DNA of 21,597 nt from Ginkgo biloba (taxonomy: Eukaryota; Plantae; Ginkgophyta). Below the pieces are notes generated by a model. The model had not been told where the DNA came from and searched no databases. It was given only the letters and a program-made list of their open reading frames with translations. This document shows, piece after piece, positions 1 through 11,065 of this stretch. Positions within the stretch are counted from its first letter, which is position 1. Each line of letters begins with the position of its first letter. The position numbers and the translations under genes are program-made. The DNA lies in the NCBI GenBank assembly GCA_024626585.2, contig JANKJI020000002.1:51996197-52017793 (forward strand). Reading direction: 5' to 3'.

Positions 1-712
1 GTGTTATTTTAAGTATATTTCATTTTCATTGTGCATGGTTATTGATCTTAATCTACTATTTATTAGTAATTACCCATCAATAGTCATTACAACTTTTGTG
101 TTATTGACTTGACTTTGTTGATTGTTATGGTGTGATCTATGCATTATAGTTCTTTCTTTGTCAACAAACATTAAGATCATTTGGAATACATTTCTTGTGT
201 TGTAGTTTGGACTTGATGATATCAATGTGTTTTATGTATTCTTTCTAGGTTCTGCTCTAGAGGAGGATGTCATCAAAGAAACTAAGGATGAATTTTCTAA
301 GGAAAACATAAAAATACTTCTTCATTGTTGTTTGGAATATTGTTGGTGGATTGGATATTTTATAAGGTATGAACCTAAATTTGTAATGTTTTTCACGTGT
401 TGTTAATGTGTTTTTGTATTTATTTTGAACTCTAGTTGGAATTGGTAATAACTAGGTTTAAGTTCTACTTTTGAGAAATACTTTGCACCATGTAGTTTGA
501 CTAGATTGTCATCTATGCTTGGCATGGGATATTTTTCTTTTTATTGGGATTTTGTTTAAAGTTTAATAATCTACACAAGCCTAAATGATCAATTTTCTAT
601 CTAGGCTAATGACTATTACAGCTGCTATGTGGGCTCTTACTATGTATGATTGCTCTTATGTATAAAATTTCTTGGACAAGCCTTCTGATTTCAAACTTTT
701 GATGGTAGTTAT

Positions 713-899
713 ACCTATATTGGTATATGTTTATTGATGGTTTATTTAGTTCAATTTCAATTTTATATTCCATACTCTTATTAAAAGTAGGATTTTATGT
801 AGGTCCACCTATATTAATATACAATAGTTGATGGTTTATTAAGTTTAATTGCAATTTTATGTTCCATATTCCTAATAACAATAGTCTTTTATGTAGGTC
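713..899. repeat. Two-copy tandem duplication, 94-bp period
   Basis: ACCTATATT at 713 and 807, TTGATGGTTTATT at 734 and 828, and TTTTATGTAGGTC ending at 805 and 899. All offsets are exactly 94 bp, with scattered substitutions. Confidence 0.85.
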
Positions 900-1118
900 T
901 TAGAACATTGTTTGTGTTTTTCTAGGATTTCAAGGAGCATGTTCTTTTGTATGTGGGTAAGTTTTGTGGGGGTGATAGTGTTTTGGTTATATTTTTCTTT
1001 TTTCGTTGCTGAAGGGACTTATAGAATTGATGTGAATCATAGATTTTCTTTTCGAAGATATAAATTTTCTTTGATTCTATCGAAGTAGGAGGTGTGATGA
1101 ATTCCTATAGTTTCAATT

Positions 1119-1445
1119 TTATGTCATGAAATGTTTTTTCTTGTTTACACTATAGGTGCCTACGGTTGCTAACCATTATACTCCTCTTATGACATTTACT
1201 CCTATGGGTAAAGAAAAGAAGTTAGACGTAAGAATATTATCCCCCATGAAGAGTTTGGAATTTAAATTTCACCATTGCAAGTTAGTATATGATGCCTTGG
1301 AATTGATACATTAAATGTGGCTAGTGGTTTTGCATGCAAGCCAATTTTGTTTTGCCTTCTTTATATCTATGAAATTTTGCATGTTTCTAGAGTTGATGAG
1401 GACCAATGGCTTGTTTTTCCAAACATGACCCCCAATTTTGAGTGT
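1119..1445 (-). pseudogene. Ty3/Gypsy aspartic protease remnant (frameshifted, with stops)
   Basis: Hand translation of the minus strand gives TLKIGGHVWKNKPLVLINSRNMQNFIDIKKAKQ, a decayed 'TLKIxG...VLIDSGSTHNFI' with catalytic DSG changed to NSR. Later it gives KLFMGDNILTSNFFSLPIGVNVIRGV*WLATVG, a decayed 'DVVLGVQWLxxLG' C-terminal motif of plant Gypsy proteases. Confidence 0.8.
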
Positions 1446-1599
1446 TTTTATTCTTTATTGAAATTGGCGTTTCTAGTTTTCTAATAATTGCTATTGTGTT
1501 CTTGACGATATCATTTTCATTATCTAATAACCTTTCTATCCACAACCTTTTCATCTCTCGCTTCTATGGAGTGCAATTATTTGCATATTTTTTTGTAAA

Positions 1600-2260
1600 T
1601 CCTGTATGTTACGGTATCCATTTTTCATTATATTTTCAATACATGTCTTTACTAAATTACTCTCTTTTCTTGGTGAGATAATATTGGTACCTCCGTGCAC
1701 TAGTTTTCTCCTTTTCTGGTGCATTTTTGTTGTTTTTCCACTAGAAATGTGTTCACATTATCTCCTTGTGGCATGATGTAGCTACCTTCAATAGCGAAGC
1801 CTCTTATTTTTGTAGACTTTGTTATATCCATTGTGCTCTAAATTGATTATGGATTGTGGTTAGGTGCCACTGTTGTTTTCTTTAGATAGATTTCTCAAGT
1901 AAACTTTTGCTGCTTCAGTTGGTATTAAGTTGTTTCTATTGAGTTAATGCTCAAAATTTTTGGTGCATTCTTCCACCTTAGAAATAATGGGTGAATTGAA
2001 CCTTGTAGGGCTCACTCCAATTTCAACATGCTCTTTATTCAAAGTCACTTTTGGAGCATTGATAGTGAATTGTTTTAATTATGATATCATAATACCATTT
2101 TTCTACCCATGTGTATGCATGGCCATCTTGTTGATTTAGAGAAAACCTAATTTGTTTTAGGCCATCTATTATTTGAAGCTCTATTAAAAATTGAATTGTG
2201 CTAGTCATGGTTCCAATTTAATTCTCCCATCAAATTTGTACATTGGAGCATTGACTTAGG
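1600..2260 (-). pseudogene. Ty3/Gypsy Gag remnant upstream of the protease
   Basis: The minus strand gives PMYKFDGRIKLEP*LAQF near 2200-2250 (cf. 'xxKFDGxDPxxWxxQ'). It then gives LQIIDGLKQIRFSLNQQDGHAYTWVEKW near 2100-2185 (cf. retrotransposon gag 'KVxIASxxLEGxAxxW') and KDMY*KYNEKWIP*H near 1605-1650 (decayed 'KGLCxxCxEKWxPGH' knuckle). The gag-to-protease order is correct. Confidence 0.65.
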
Positions 2261-4186
2261 TCTTGTATTTTACTTCTATTCCTTTGGTTTGATGAGTATG
2301 ATAGGATTTTATTGGTAGAAGTGAGGGTAGTGCTATGTCAAAGGGTGGTGTTGTGCCTTATAATAGTATTATGCCTCTAGTTGTTGGTTTTTCTTTAGCT
2401 CCCTACATGAATTGCCTTAGATTGTCAATTAACTTATCGATTTTCTAATTTGCTTTGTCGATTCTTTATTGACTATTTCCTAGGTTGGTCACCAAACAAT
2501 TGACCTTGTCTTATAAGTCCTTAGAAATCTAAGTGGTACTCCTTCCCTCCATGTTCCACAAAATTGAAATGGAAATCACATTCTAGTTGTAATGGCCTAT
2601 ACTATTCTAATGAAACTAATCAAATGTGTAATGGGAGAAAGAAACGATTCTTAAAATTGAAGAAAAAGTTTGAAATTGCCCTCTACTTTTGAAAAATAGA
2701 TTAAGATCAAATTTACAGAAAGAAATAGTTTGAAGGTCAAGAGATCGAGTAGAAACCTCTATGTCCATTATCCGCTCCNNNNNNNNNNNNNNNNNNNNNN
2801 NNNNNNNNGATGCTAAAAATGACCTCCTTTTTACTTGTTTATAGCCCCAAGTCAAATCTTGACCCTCTAATGGGCCTCCATTAGAATTGGAGTTAAAATT
2901 GAGGTCGATTGCCTAATAAGGCCATATTTAAGGTTTCCTTTTCCTAGCTTACTAATATGACCTTATTAGCTTGTTTTTGGACTTCCAATGTTGTGCAGAA
3001 GGAGAGGTTGGTGTCTAAACCTTTGTAAGAGATAAGGGGGTCTTAGTTTAACAACAAATTTCTACTTTAGGATGAAAGATAAATTTCCCAATTGTAGGTT
3101 GAAATTATTTCAACCTCACAATTAGCAGGACTAATTACTTTTGACCTCAAGATTAGCAGGGTGAAATGCTTTCTAGATTCAAAATCATAGGGCTTTCTAT
3201 TTTGGTGTTGAACCTATTTTGGGCCTCAAACTACCACTTACAATGCTTTTTTAAACACCTTAGAGTAGGACAAACTTATTTATGGTCAAACATATTCTAA
3301 TAAGTGCAAGTCAAATTCCAATAAGTGCCAATTTCATAAGGCAAATTACTTTAAAAGGTCTTTAGAGATTGAGCAAAGTGAAAATTAGGGTATTGGAGCT
3401 AGGGTGATTTGTAAATTTGGCCTCTTCAACCAACTTTTAAGTTGGTGAATCTTACTAATCCTTCAAGATGCAAAAACGAAGTAGAGATGCTACAAATAAT
3501 GTTGTAAATAAGTCATATTAAAGAATAATGTTCAATATGACCATCAAAGTGAGGTATTTTATCATATTTATGTCTATAGCTGCATCATTAGGCCTGCATA
3601 CTACTTATGCCTTTGGTTGCTTCAATATACCCTTGGCCATCTTATTTAAGTCGATCTTGATTTTTGTGTTAATTGCTAATATGGAAATACCCTTAGAAAT
3701 TCACCCTTCATGTTAGTGATGGCCTCCTTAGCCTACTCATGGGCCTTTGTGGTCATGTAAATTTCTTAAGGCATCCTTAGCTTTGTTAGCTTCTTTATAA
3801 GCTTTTGATTGGACATGAGCGTGTAATCATTTGTTTTGAAGGCCTTGATTAGGGTTATTCTTTTGCTTGTCTTAGAATGCCTTGAACAAGCTTCATTGTC
3901 TTCTACATTGCTTTTTAAAGTGTCTTTTTGTTCTCTTTAGCTCAGGATTGTATCACATTATCAAATATTCCACTAGGAAACCAAATCCCTAAGGTGCATG
4001 GGAATTTAATAGAAGTAAACTGGAATCTAAAGAAAAATAAGTGGTGCAATAAGATTGTGCAAAATGGAGAAAGTAGAACATCTTACTAAATTTATAGTCA
4101 AAGATGAATGCATTCACAAAGATTGATTTGCGGTTGTACACGTAGCAAAAGTAAAGTAATTTTACATAGGACTTTATGCTTACTAA

Positions 4187-4632
4187 GTCATAGGTAGAAA
4201 TTTTTATTTTCATCTCCACTTTGAAAGTGGTGCTCATTTGCTACAGTGGGTTTGGTATACCCAAAGGATGAATCACCATGCTGCTACTAGAAGGAACCTT
4301 GCTCCCTACTCCACTTATAGTATCCTATGATATCACTATAGTTGTAGTGGCTTGTTATATCATTATAGTTATAGGAGGATGTTGAGATAAATTTTCAACA
4401 ATCTATAATAACTCAGTCATACGAACATCAAGGTCTATTTTGATCTCTGCTACACTTTTCTCAATATTTTCCACTCTTTCTCTATCCACATATTCTTTTA
4501 TAGGTACATAGGTACATTCTCTATTATCTCCTCCAAACATCTTACTACCTCATTTAGTTCTCTAATGTTCTGGTAGTGGCAAAATTTTTAGTTTCTTTCC
4601 TTCTTCGTGGTATTTGGCTGCGTCTAAACCAT
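4187..4632 (-). pseudogene. Gypsy-type Gag N-terminal remnant of a second LTR element, truncated near 4187
   Basis: It lies directly downstream of the PBS on the minus strand. TTFKVEMKIKISTYD (start of ORF 3989..4237) resembles the 'FKVExKxxIPxYDG' motif at the start of plant Gypsy Gag, and the similarity stops after YD. Confidence 0.5.
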
Positions 4633-4703
4633 TCAAAATTTTGATTTCGTCACTTGACCTTTCGGTGAACCCAGTTCTTCCCTGAGAACTGGAAAGAACT
4701 TAT

Positions 4704-4715
4704 GCTTTGATACCA
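4704..4715 (-). promoter_or_regulatory. Primer-binding site complementary to tRNA-iMet 3' end
   Basis: Plus-strand GCTTTGATACCA reads TGGTATCAAAGC on the minus strand, one mismatch from the canonical plant LTR-retrotransposon PBS TGGTATCAGAGC. A CA LTR end lies a few bp upstream on the minus strand (plus TG at 4721) and a gag remnant lies downstream. Confidence 0.8.
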
Positions 4716-4720
4716 GAATA

Positions 4721-6190
4721 TGATCCATAACCTCTGATGTATATAGTGAAAGGAAGATAATAAAATTATTAACTAGCTTAAAGGAAATAAAGCTATGTTA
4801 AATCATATATTTCCAAGGAAGTCATAATTTAAAAATAAATATGCTTGAAAATAAAATTGAGATAGTGGAATCATAGTCCATAGATTATAGAGCTTTCTAT
4901 CTCACAAGAGAGATTATAAATAAGAGTGCATAAGACTAGTTCCTCTTAGTGAGGTGTTTATATACCTCGTATATATGATATTGTAAAAAATGCTTGGTAC
5001 ATAACAGAAATCATAGGTTACTACCTAGAAAATTCACAAGCTGTTGCATGGAATGAGAACAAGAGACTCATAAGAGAACTAATTTTTGAAGTCGTAAGAA
5101 TCCCCTTGGAAAAAAAATTTCATTCTCCTATAAAGTACTCACCTTCAGAGAAAAACTGTACCAAGAACTCAAACTAGAGGAATGAACTCCAACCAAAAGA
5201 ATGGAATGGAAAATTGAACTAGAAATTGAACGCCAAATAATGAAATTCTTTGATTTTATAATCTCCCTTCCAAGAATATGGAAATCTAAGAGTCTTGGAG
5301 GTAGTTATCTTCCTATTCACCTATTATTTGCCTAGTCACCTTCAAATGTTTCAATTGTATAAAGAATTCAAACCAATTCTGGAATTGTTGTTAGTATTCC
5401 TGTCACTGAATGACATACTGTCACGATTTTGATCATAATTTACAAATTGTAACTTCATTTTTTGACTTCTTATACTTGTTTCAAAGGTAAGAGAATAGGA
5501 TACAATTTTCCTTTATTTGGCAAAGTCCAATTGTTTATGGGTTTTGCCTAGTTTTGGCCATAATTTAACTTTTCAAAAACATATAGAATGGCAAGTTGAC
5601 TATTCAATGAAAAAGGAAAAATAGTAAGTTGACTATGTAAGAAAAAATATGAACGGTGAGTTAGCTATTCTAGAAAAAGACAAATAGTAAGATGACTATT
5701 CAAGGAAAAAGATGAATAATGAGTTGGCTATTTTGGAAAAAGATAAAATAGTAAGTTGATTATTCAAGAAAAAAGAGGAATGGTGAGTTGGTTATTCTGG
5801 AAAAAGACAAAAGCTGACTGTTCAAGAAAAAGGATGAACAATAAGTTGGTTATTCTATAAAAAGACAAAATAATAATTGGTTGTTCAGTCATGACGAAAA
5901 GACCCCTTTCATTTTTTTCATCAATTGACATAAAACTCCAACTAGTATTATTTTTGGCTACATAATAGAAGGTCATCTCCCAGTGGGTAAGTGACTGGCT
6001 TGCACTTTGGTTCACTTGCTAGTGGGTAGGGGACTGACTCATACTCAAAGTCACTCAAATTAATGACTTCCCTTTAGTTTATTTTCTATCAGTCAGTAGG
6101 TGACTGGCATACTCACTGGTTACCAGTCACTAGGTGAATAGTAGGCTGCCAATGAGTAAATGACTCCTTATTTAATTCGAATAAGATTCA
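4721..6190 (-). mobile_element. Probable 5' LTR (~1.5 kb) of the PBS-bearing element; distal boundary uncertain
   Basis: The stretch is non-coding, abuts the PBS and ends ...GGATCA on the minus strand. The putative start TGAATC at 6190 coincides with the point where the Copia gag reading frame breaks off. It contains internal tandem arrays. Confidence 0.45.
5587..5887. repeat. Minisatellite, ~10 units of ~29-30 bp with alternating dimer structure
   Basis: Units of type AAATAGTAAGTTGACTATTCAAGAAAAA alternate with units of type GAATGGTGAGTTGGCTATTCTGGAAAAAGAC. Confidence 0.85.
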
Positions 6191-6432
6191 AACCAAATCA
6201 ATGATATATTCTGTGATACTCTTAATTATAATTATACATGCTTTAGAATCTCTTTGATGATAGTCTTTCTTTGTATCTACATCTAGTGGCTTAGATTCCT
6301 TTGTAGTTACTATATTCCAAACATTAGAATGGACAAGAATTTTTTTCATTTTTGATTCCACTTGGAATAGTTCTTCCCATCCAATTTATCACAATGTGCC
6401 AAAAAATCATCATCTTCTATGTCCATTTCCAT
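6188..6432 (-). pseudogene. Ty1/Copia Gag N-terminus (DUF4219/Retrotran_gag_2-like), one frameshift, truncated
   Basis: Minus strand from the ATG at 6432 reads MEMDIEDDDFLAHCDKLDGKNYSKW, then after a frameshift MKKILVHSNVWNIVTTKESKPLDVDTKKDYHQRDSKACIIIIKSITEYIIDLV*. This follows the Copia pattern KLDGxNYxxWxxxMxxxLxxxxLWxIVxGxExKP...DxKAxxxIxxS. Confidence 0.8.
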
Positions 6433-6669
6433 TTTGATAAATCAATTCTGAAATGATAAAAAAATATGTACTTGATAAAGGAATTTTTAAATTCCCTTTA
6501 TTCGCCCCAATTCTTTGTTGGAAGACAATCTTTATGTAAAATTGCGCTCAAAATAGATTATGTTTGACAACTCTTGTCCTTTTCCAAATTTGTTGTTAGC
6601 CATTGAGCTCTTGGTTGTTGATGCGACCTACACATTGCACCTTTCACAAAATACTTTGAAAAAAAGACT

Positions 6670-6739
6670 TCATGAGTTTTGAAACCTTGACCTCCTGTAT
6701 GCGATCAGAATGACTTGACCAATTGAGTTGTGATTCACC
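6670..6739 (-). mobile_element. Degenerate tRNA-derived SINE-like head (or tRNA pseudogene)
   Basis: The minus strand reads GGTGAATCA-CAACTCAATTGG (A-box-like, 6730-6719), then 32 nt ending GGAGGTCAA, then GGTTTCAAAACTC (B-box-like, 6686-6674). The spacing is tRNA-like but there is no intact cloverleaf. Confidence 0.4.
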
Positions 6740-7345
6740 TTGAAATATCAATTGACAAAAAAAACACTTGAATTGTTCTTAATGGAAAAGAGACTTAAAA
6801 CAATAAATAATGGTCATCCACTTGACCCTAATATTCACTTGGGGGCGAACTAAAACAATATTTCCAACTGGATTAAATTTAATCAAACCTTTGCAAAAAA
6901 AAATTAAATTGATTTTCTTTGTCTCCTTCTTATGCTGCATTTTCAATCTATTGCAATGATTTTCTTAGGCTTCTGCTTTGTTTGATTTTATGTTCATTCA
7001 TTTGCTTGGAATCTTTACATAGTCCTTTTGCTTGGTCTGATACAACCTCCTCCTTGGTTCTTTCATGGTGGATTTTTTTGATTTCTTCTGGTCTTCTATT
7101 CACTTGCATGCAGTGCGTGCTCTACTTCTATGTCGTTTTCTCCAGGTTCGGACTCTCCATGGCCCTTGTCCAACTATCTTATCTCTACGCAGCGTCTCCG
7201 TTTTTTGTTGTTAGTACATTTCTTTTCTCGTTCATTCGTCATTTAACCCACAGTGCCTTCTTTCTGCCTTTCATATGTCTTCTTCCTTTGGTTGTAGGTT
7301 GGGCTTGCAGAGACATCTGTGGCGTCTTTCAAGTGAAATATCCCT

Positions 7346-7556
7346 TCAGAACAGGCCCCAACTGGGGGAATTCCATATTTGAAACTCCATTATATGTGTG
7401 AACCATAAGCGTATGTTCACAATCCACACAGGTTCGTATCCTGTGCAGTCTCCATCACACCTGCCCACTGTCATGCATTCGACCTGCCAACCATTCTTTG
7501 ATTCATGGATTTTCAGGTTCTTCACTGTGGCGTCTTCATTGTTTTCTTTTGGCTGC
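7346..7556 (-). other. Candidate exon in a CpG-retaining island (unknown transcript)
   Basis: A pyrimidine tract and tandem acceptor CCTTCTCCTTAG|GCAG|C sit at 7557/7553. The open frame PKENNEDATVKNLKIHESKNGWQVECMTVGRCDGDCTGYEPVW...WGLF* runs to 7346. CpG density is high. No homology recognised. Confidence 0.25.
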
Positions 7557-8564
7557 CTAAGGAGAAGGTTTCTTAATACTTTGTTCTTAACAACACNNNN
7601 NNNNNNNNNNNNNNNNNNNNNNNNNNNNNNNNNNNNNNNNNNNNNNNNNNNNNNNNNNNNNNNNNNNNNNNNNNNNNNNNNNNNNNNNNNNNNNNNTTTT
7701 TTTTCTTCCTCTAGCTGCACTTATATTGGCGTTTTCTACATATTAGAGTGCACCTCATAGGTTTTTGGATTCACAGTATATTTTCCCGTGTCTATGTCAA
7801 TGAGTTTTGTCCTATTCTGGTTTTTCCTTTTACAGACCTTGAAATATATTGGATGAACTGGACGAAGAGCACTTTGACAGCAAAGAACCCAATTATAACA
7901 CTTTGCTTTATCCCAACACAAAAGTAGACCAACCAACTTCAGATTTTAATGCTTTGCTTTATTGAAGTAAAAATGTTAGAGCCTTTTTGAAGACGAAAAA
8001 ATAAATTGTCTTTGTAAACTTGTGTAGGTGAAAAGTTGCATCATACCTGAGTTGTGCTTACATTTTTAAGAGCTTGTAAATGTTCAACCATTTTTTATAT
8101 TCATCTTGAAGCACTTATGGAGTGAGTGCTCTGTAACTTTAGTTTAATTGTAGGTTCTCTCGTCAAGATTCGCCATTCACATCTTTAAATCTTATAGGGC
8201 ATAATTTCACCTGCTTCTCATAATGTGCTCTGCCCGTTCTCATAATTGATTTATTAGTTTTCCTTACACAAACTCAATTAATCTCTTTTGTCTGTGGAGA
8301 ACATATGTTCAATTTGGAATCTATGCACCGATCTTTTCCGGCAACATGTTTCGATCATATTGTTTGCGATTCCACTATATCTCTATCTTCATCGTTTGTA
8401 TTTTTTGAGGAAAATCCTAAATACGTTTTTCATGTATCTATCTATCTTTGAACTTTGAGGGGACTTTGAGTCAATTGCATGGTGCCATGTGTGGTAAAGT
8501 GTTGGTCGCATAGACCACTCCATCAGGTAGCATAATTTGAGTATGGAAAAATTACAATTTACAA

Positions 8565-8644
8565 GAGGCTACAAATTTTTGGACGTTGAGGCTATGAATC
8601 TTTGGAAACTAATGTTGAGGCTACGAACTTTTGGAAACTAACGT
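8565..8644. repeat. Short tandem repeat, ~29-bp unit, ~2.7 copies
   Basis: GAGGCTACAAATTTTTGGAC / GTTGAGGCTATGAATCTTTGGAAACTAAT (8585) / GTTGAGGCTACGAACTTTTGGAAACTAAC (8614). Confidence 0.85.
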
Positions 8645-10201
8645 GCACAAGCAAGGAAAAATAAAATCGTGAGCATGTCTATTTGTTGTCTTTTCACGTA
8701 GGGAGTGACATTGGATTCACTTATTTTGATTTTGTGCTAGGTATTTCAATGGAATATGGCTAATCTTTGAATGATCTCTAATTTATTCTTTATCTTGAAC
8801 TTATTTTTTATAACTCATCACCACTTTCACTCTTATTAATGTATGGAAATTTTTTAAATTTAGTTGCTTTATTATACATGTAAATCAAATTGTTAAGACA
8901 TTTTGATACTCAAATTTTATTGATTTGTTTAGTTGTGTCAGAGTTCTTTTGTTGGTTTTAAGATAAGTTGACTTTGCATTTGGAATCCATTACTATAGAT
9001 TTATCTCTTAGTACAATCTAGTCTTTTCTTTCAAGTACATCTAAGTCTTTTAGGCTTTTTCATGTTGGCACCTTGTACAATNNNNNNNNNNNNNNNNNNN
9101 NNNNNNNNNNNNNNNNNNNNNNNNNNNNNNNNNNNNNNNNNNNNNNNNNNNNNNNNNNNNNNNNNNNNNNNNNNNNNNNNNNNNNNNNNNNNNNNNNNNN
9201 NNNNNNNNNNNNNNNNNNNNNNNNNNNNNNNNNNNNNNNNNNNNNNNNNNGCATTTGCGTCGTTAATCCACAACATAACAAGAATTTAAAAATATATCTA
9301 AAATTATTAGCAATTATCAATTCAAAGAATGGCACTCAAAGTCCATAAATCTAGATCAGAAATGGATGCAATCACTCTATGCACTTCCATATTGGTTTGA
9401 ATCATAGATTCTAAAATATTTAGAAATGTTTATGGCTTGCTATCAAGGAAAATTTATAAACATGAATGCTCATGAATTGAATTGTGGGGCATTTTGCAAG
9501 AGTATGAAGCAAAGGTCTTCTAATATCAGTAGTCCCAATTAAACTCGAATACCATTGATAAAGAGGATAAATTCATATGAGGAATTCCAGAACTATGATG
9601 TGTTTTATAATCAAACTATCTTGACATTCTATCTTATTCATAATTTTCTTGATTATATACATATAGTTGGCATTTACCTATACATGTGGTTATATTATGG
9701 TTTGTAAAACTCTAAGTTGCATGTGGGGCATACTTTTTATCTTTTATGATAGGTATACAACATTATCTAATAATAAATATGAAAGTGGGTTTTATTTATT
9801 TTAGATATATTAGATATTTTAATTTTGTCTTCACTGTCCATAAGCTCAAAACTCCCTCTATTTGGTGCTTAAGGTCCTTTGCCAAAGTTTTATGAATATA
9901 CTTAGGTGTAGTGCAACTTCTGTTGACCGATTTTTGGGCTTGGTCAACTTNNNNNNNNNNNNNNNNNNNNNNNNNNNNNNNNNNNNNNNNNNNNNNNNNN
10001 NNNNNNNNNNNNNNNNNNNNNNNNNNNNNNNNNNNNNNNNNNNNNNGACACTAGGCGTTAGGGAAGAAGGAGAACCCAGGGAAAAGACACCCAGATTGTA
10101 TTTCCAGACTTAACCCAGGGTTGAGGTGACTGAAGGAAAATGGGCGAACGGTCTCAGTTTAATGAAGCTTTAAGCAAGTTGTATTTCCTGGTTCCTGTTT
10201 G

Positions 10202-10213
10202 CACGTGGATTGG
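10202..10213 (-). promoter_or_regulatory. Adjacent CCAAT box and G-box (CCAATCCACGTG on minus strand)
   Basis: Plus strand CACGTGGATTGG, within a CpG-retaining patch. On the minus strand it is followed by a pyrimidine-rich, leader-like stretch (10140-10050). Confidence 0.3.
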
Positions 10214-10499
10214 TTTAGTTTTTATGCTTAATGACGGCAATAGTGTTTTGTTTACGTTCAATGTACAGTGCCGGTTTATGTCTCAGGTTTCAATGTACAA
10301 AGTTTTAACCATCATCACATAAAAGATCAAATGCAGAAACATAATCAATCGTTTTTCACTTTGTACAATATTAAATGAAAATGAAGTAANNNNNNNNNNN
10401 NNNNNNNNNNNNNNNNNNNNNNNNNNNNNNNNNNNNNNNNNNNNNNNNNNNNNNNNNNNNNNNNNNNNNNNNNNNNNNNNNNNNNNNNNTATCTGAAAC

Positions 10500-10577
10500 C
10501 TGCCTTGCATGTGTCCAGGGCATAAAAAATCTCCATTTCCTTGAAGAGCCAGATGTCGTCGTGCTTTTATTAGCCAT
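10500..10577 (-). other. Candidate first coding exon (26 codons) of an unknown small gene
   Basis: ATT ATG GCT start context, MANKSTTTSGSSRKWRFFMPWTHARQ, then a phase-0 donor CAG|GTTTCA at 10500/10499. No recognisable family. Confidence 0.25.
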
Positions 10578-11065
10578 AATATGAGATTTTAACTGATAAG
10601 AACTTTAGGGGAGAAAATAATTCAGTATCTGCTTCTCAATCGCTCTACTTCTTCATGCCCTACAACTCAAAGTATTCAATTGATAAAATATTTTCTTGAA
10701 ATCCTCGGGTTAACTAATTGTTTCCATATTTATTANNNNNNNNNNNNNNNNNNNNNNNNNNNNNNNNNNNNNNNACGTGCGATATTACTATGACCTTCGT
10801 ATTGAGATTTATGATTGTGTAATTGGCTCAAGCAATCTTTCAATCTGAAGTGTATACGTGTCTCATTTAATTTAGAGGATTAGAAAAAGAATAGGTGAAT
10901 GGGACTTATGCAAAGGACCTGAGATCCGATTTAACTAAATTACATTCCTGGTTAGGTTTATGGGTTTGATTTATAATTTGCCTTTCATTACTCTATGCCC
11001 AGATTTCCAAATTTTAATTTTGCGACTTCCAGACCCGAAAAAGTATTTGATGAATTAATACTTTT

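Noticed and set aside
500-740. Possible LINE ORF1 traces (GMGYFSF, VIPILV); similar weak traces at ~3250-3500 (-) and ~9360-9470 (+)
   Set aside because: Too degenerate to support by eye; a profile-HMM search is needed.
7115-7135. GCGTGCTCTACTTCTATGTCG resembles a miR535/miR156 star strand or target site
   Set aside because: No complementary arm lies nearby on either strand, and there are 5-6 mismatches including seed positions.
6919-7401. 160-aa hydrophobic plus-strand ORF
   Set aside because: It has a TTG start, and its F/L/S richness is what a T/C-rich strand gives by composition. No family motif.
7317-7536. 12-bp direct repeat CTGTGGCGTCTT at 7317 and 7525
   Set aside because: Only two copies, 208 bp apart, with no TIR or tail between them. 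It cannot be distinguished from chance.
7736-7936. LLLCWD resembles the DEVIL/ROT4 peptide C-terminus
   Set aside because: The required upstream KEQRARLYIxRRC motif is absent and an in-frame stop precedes it.
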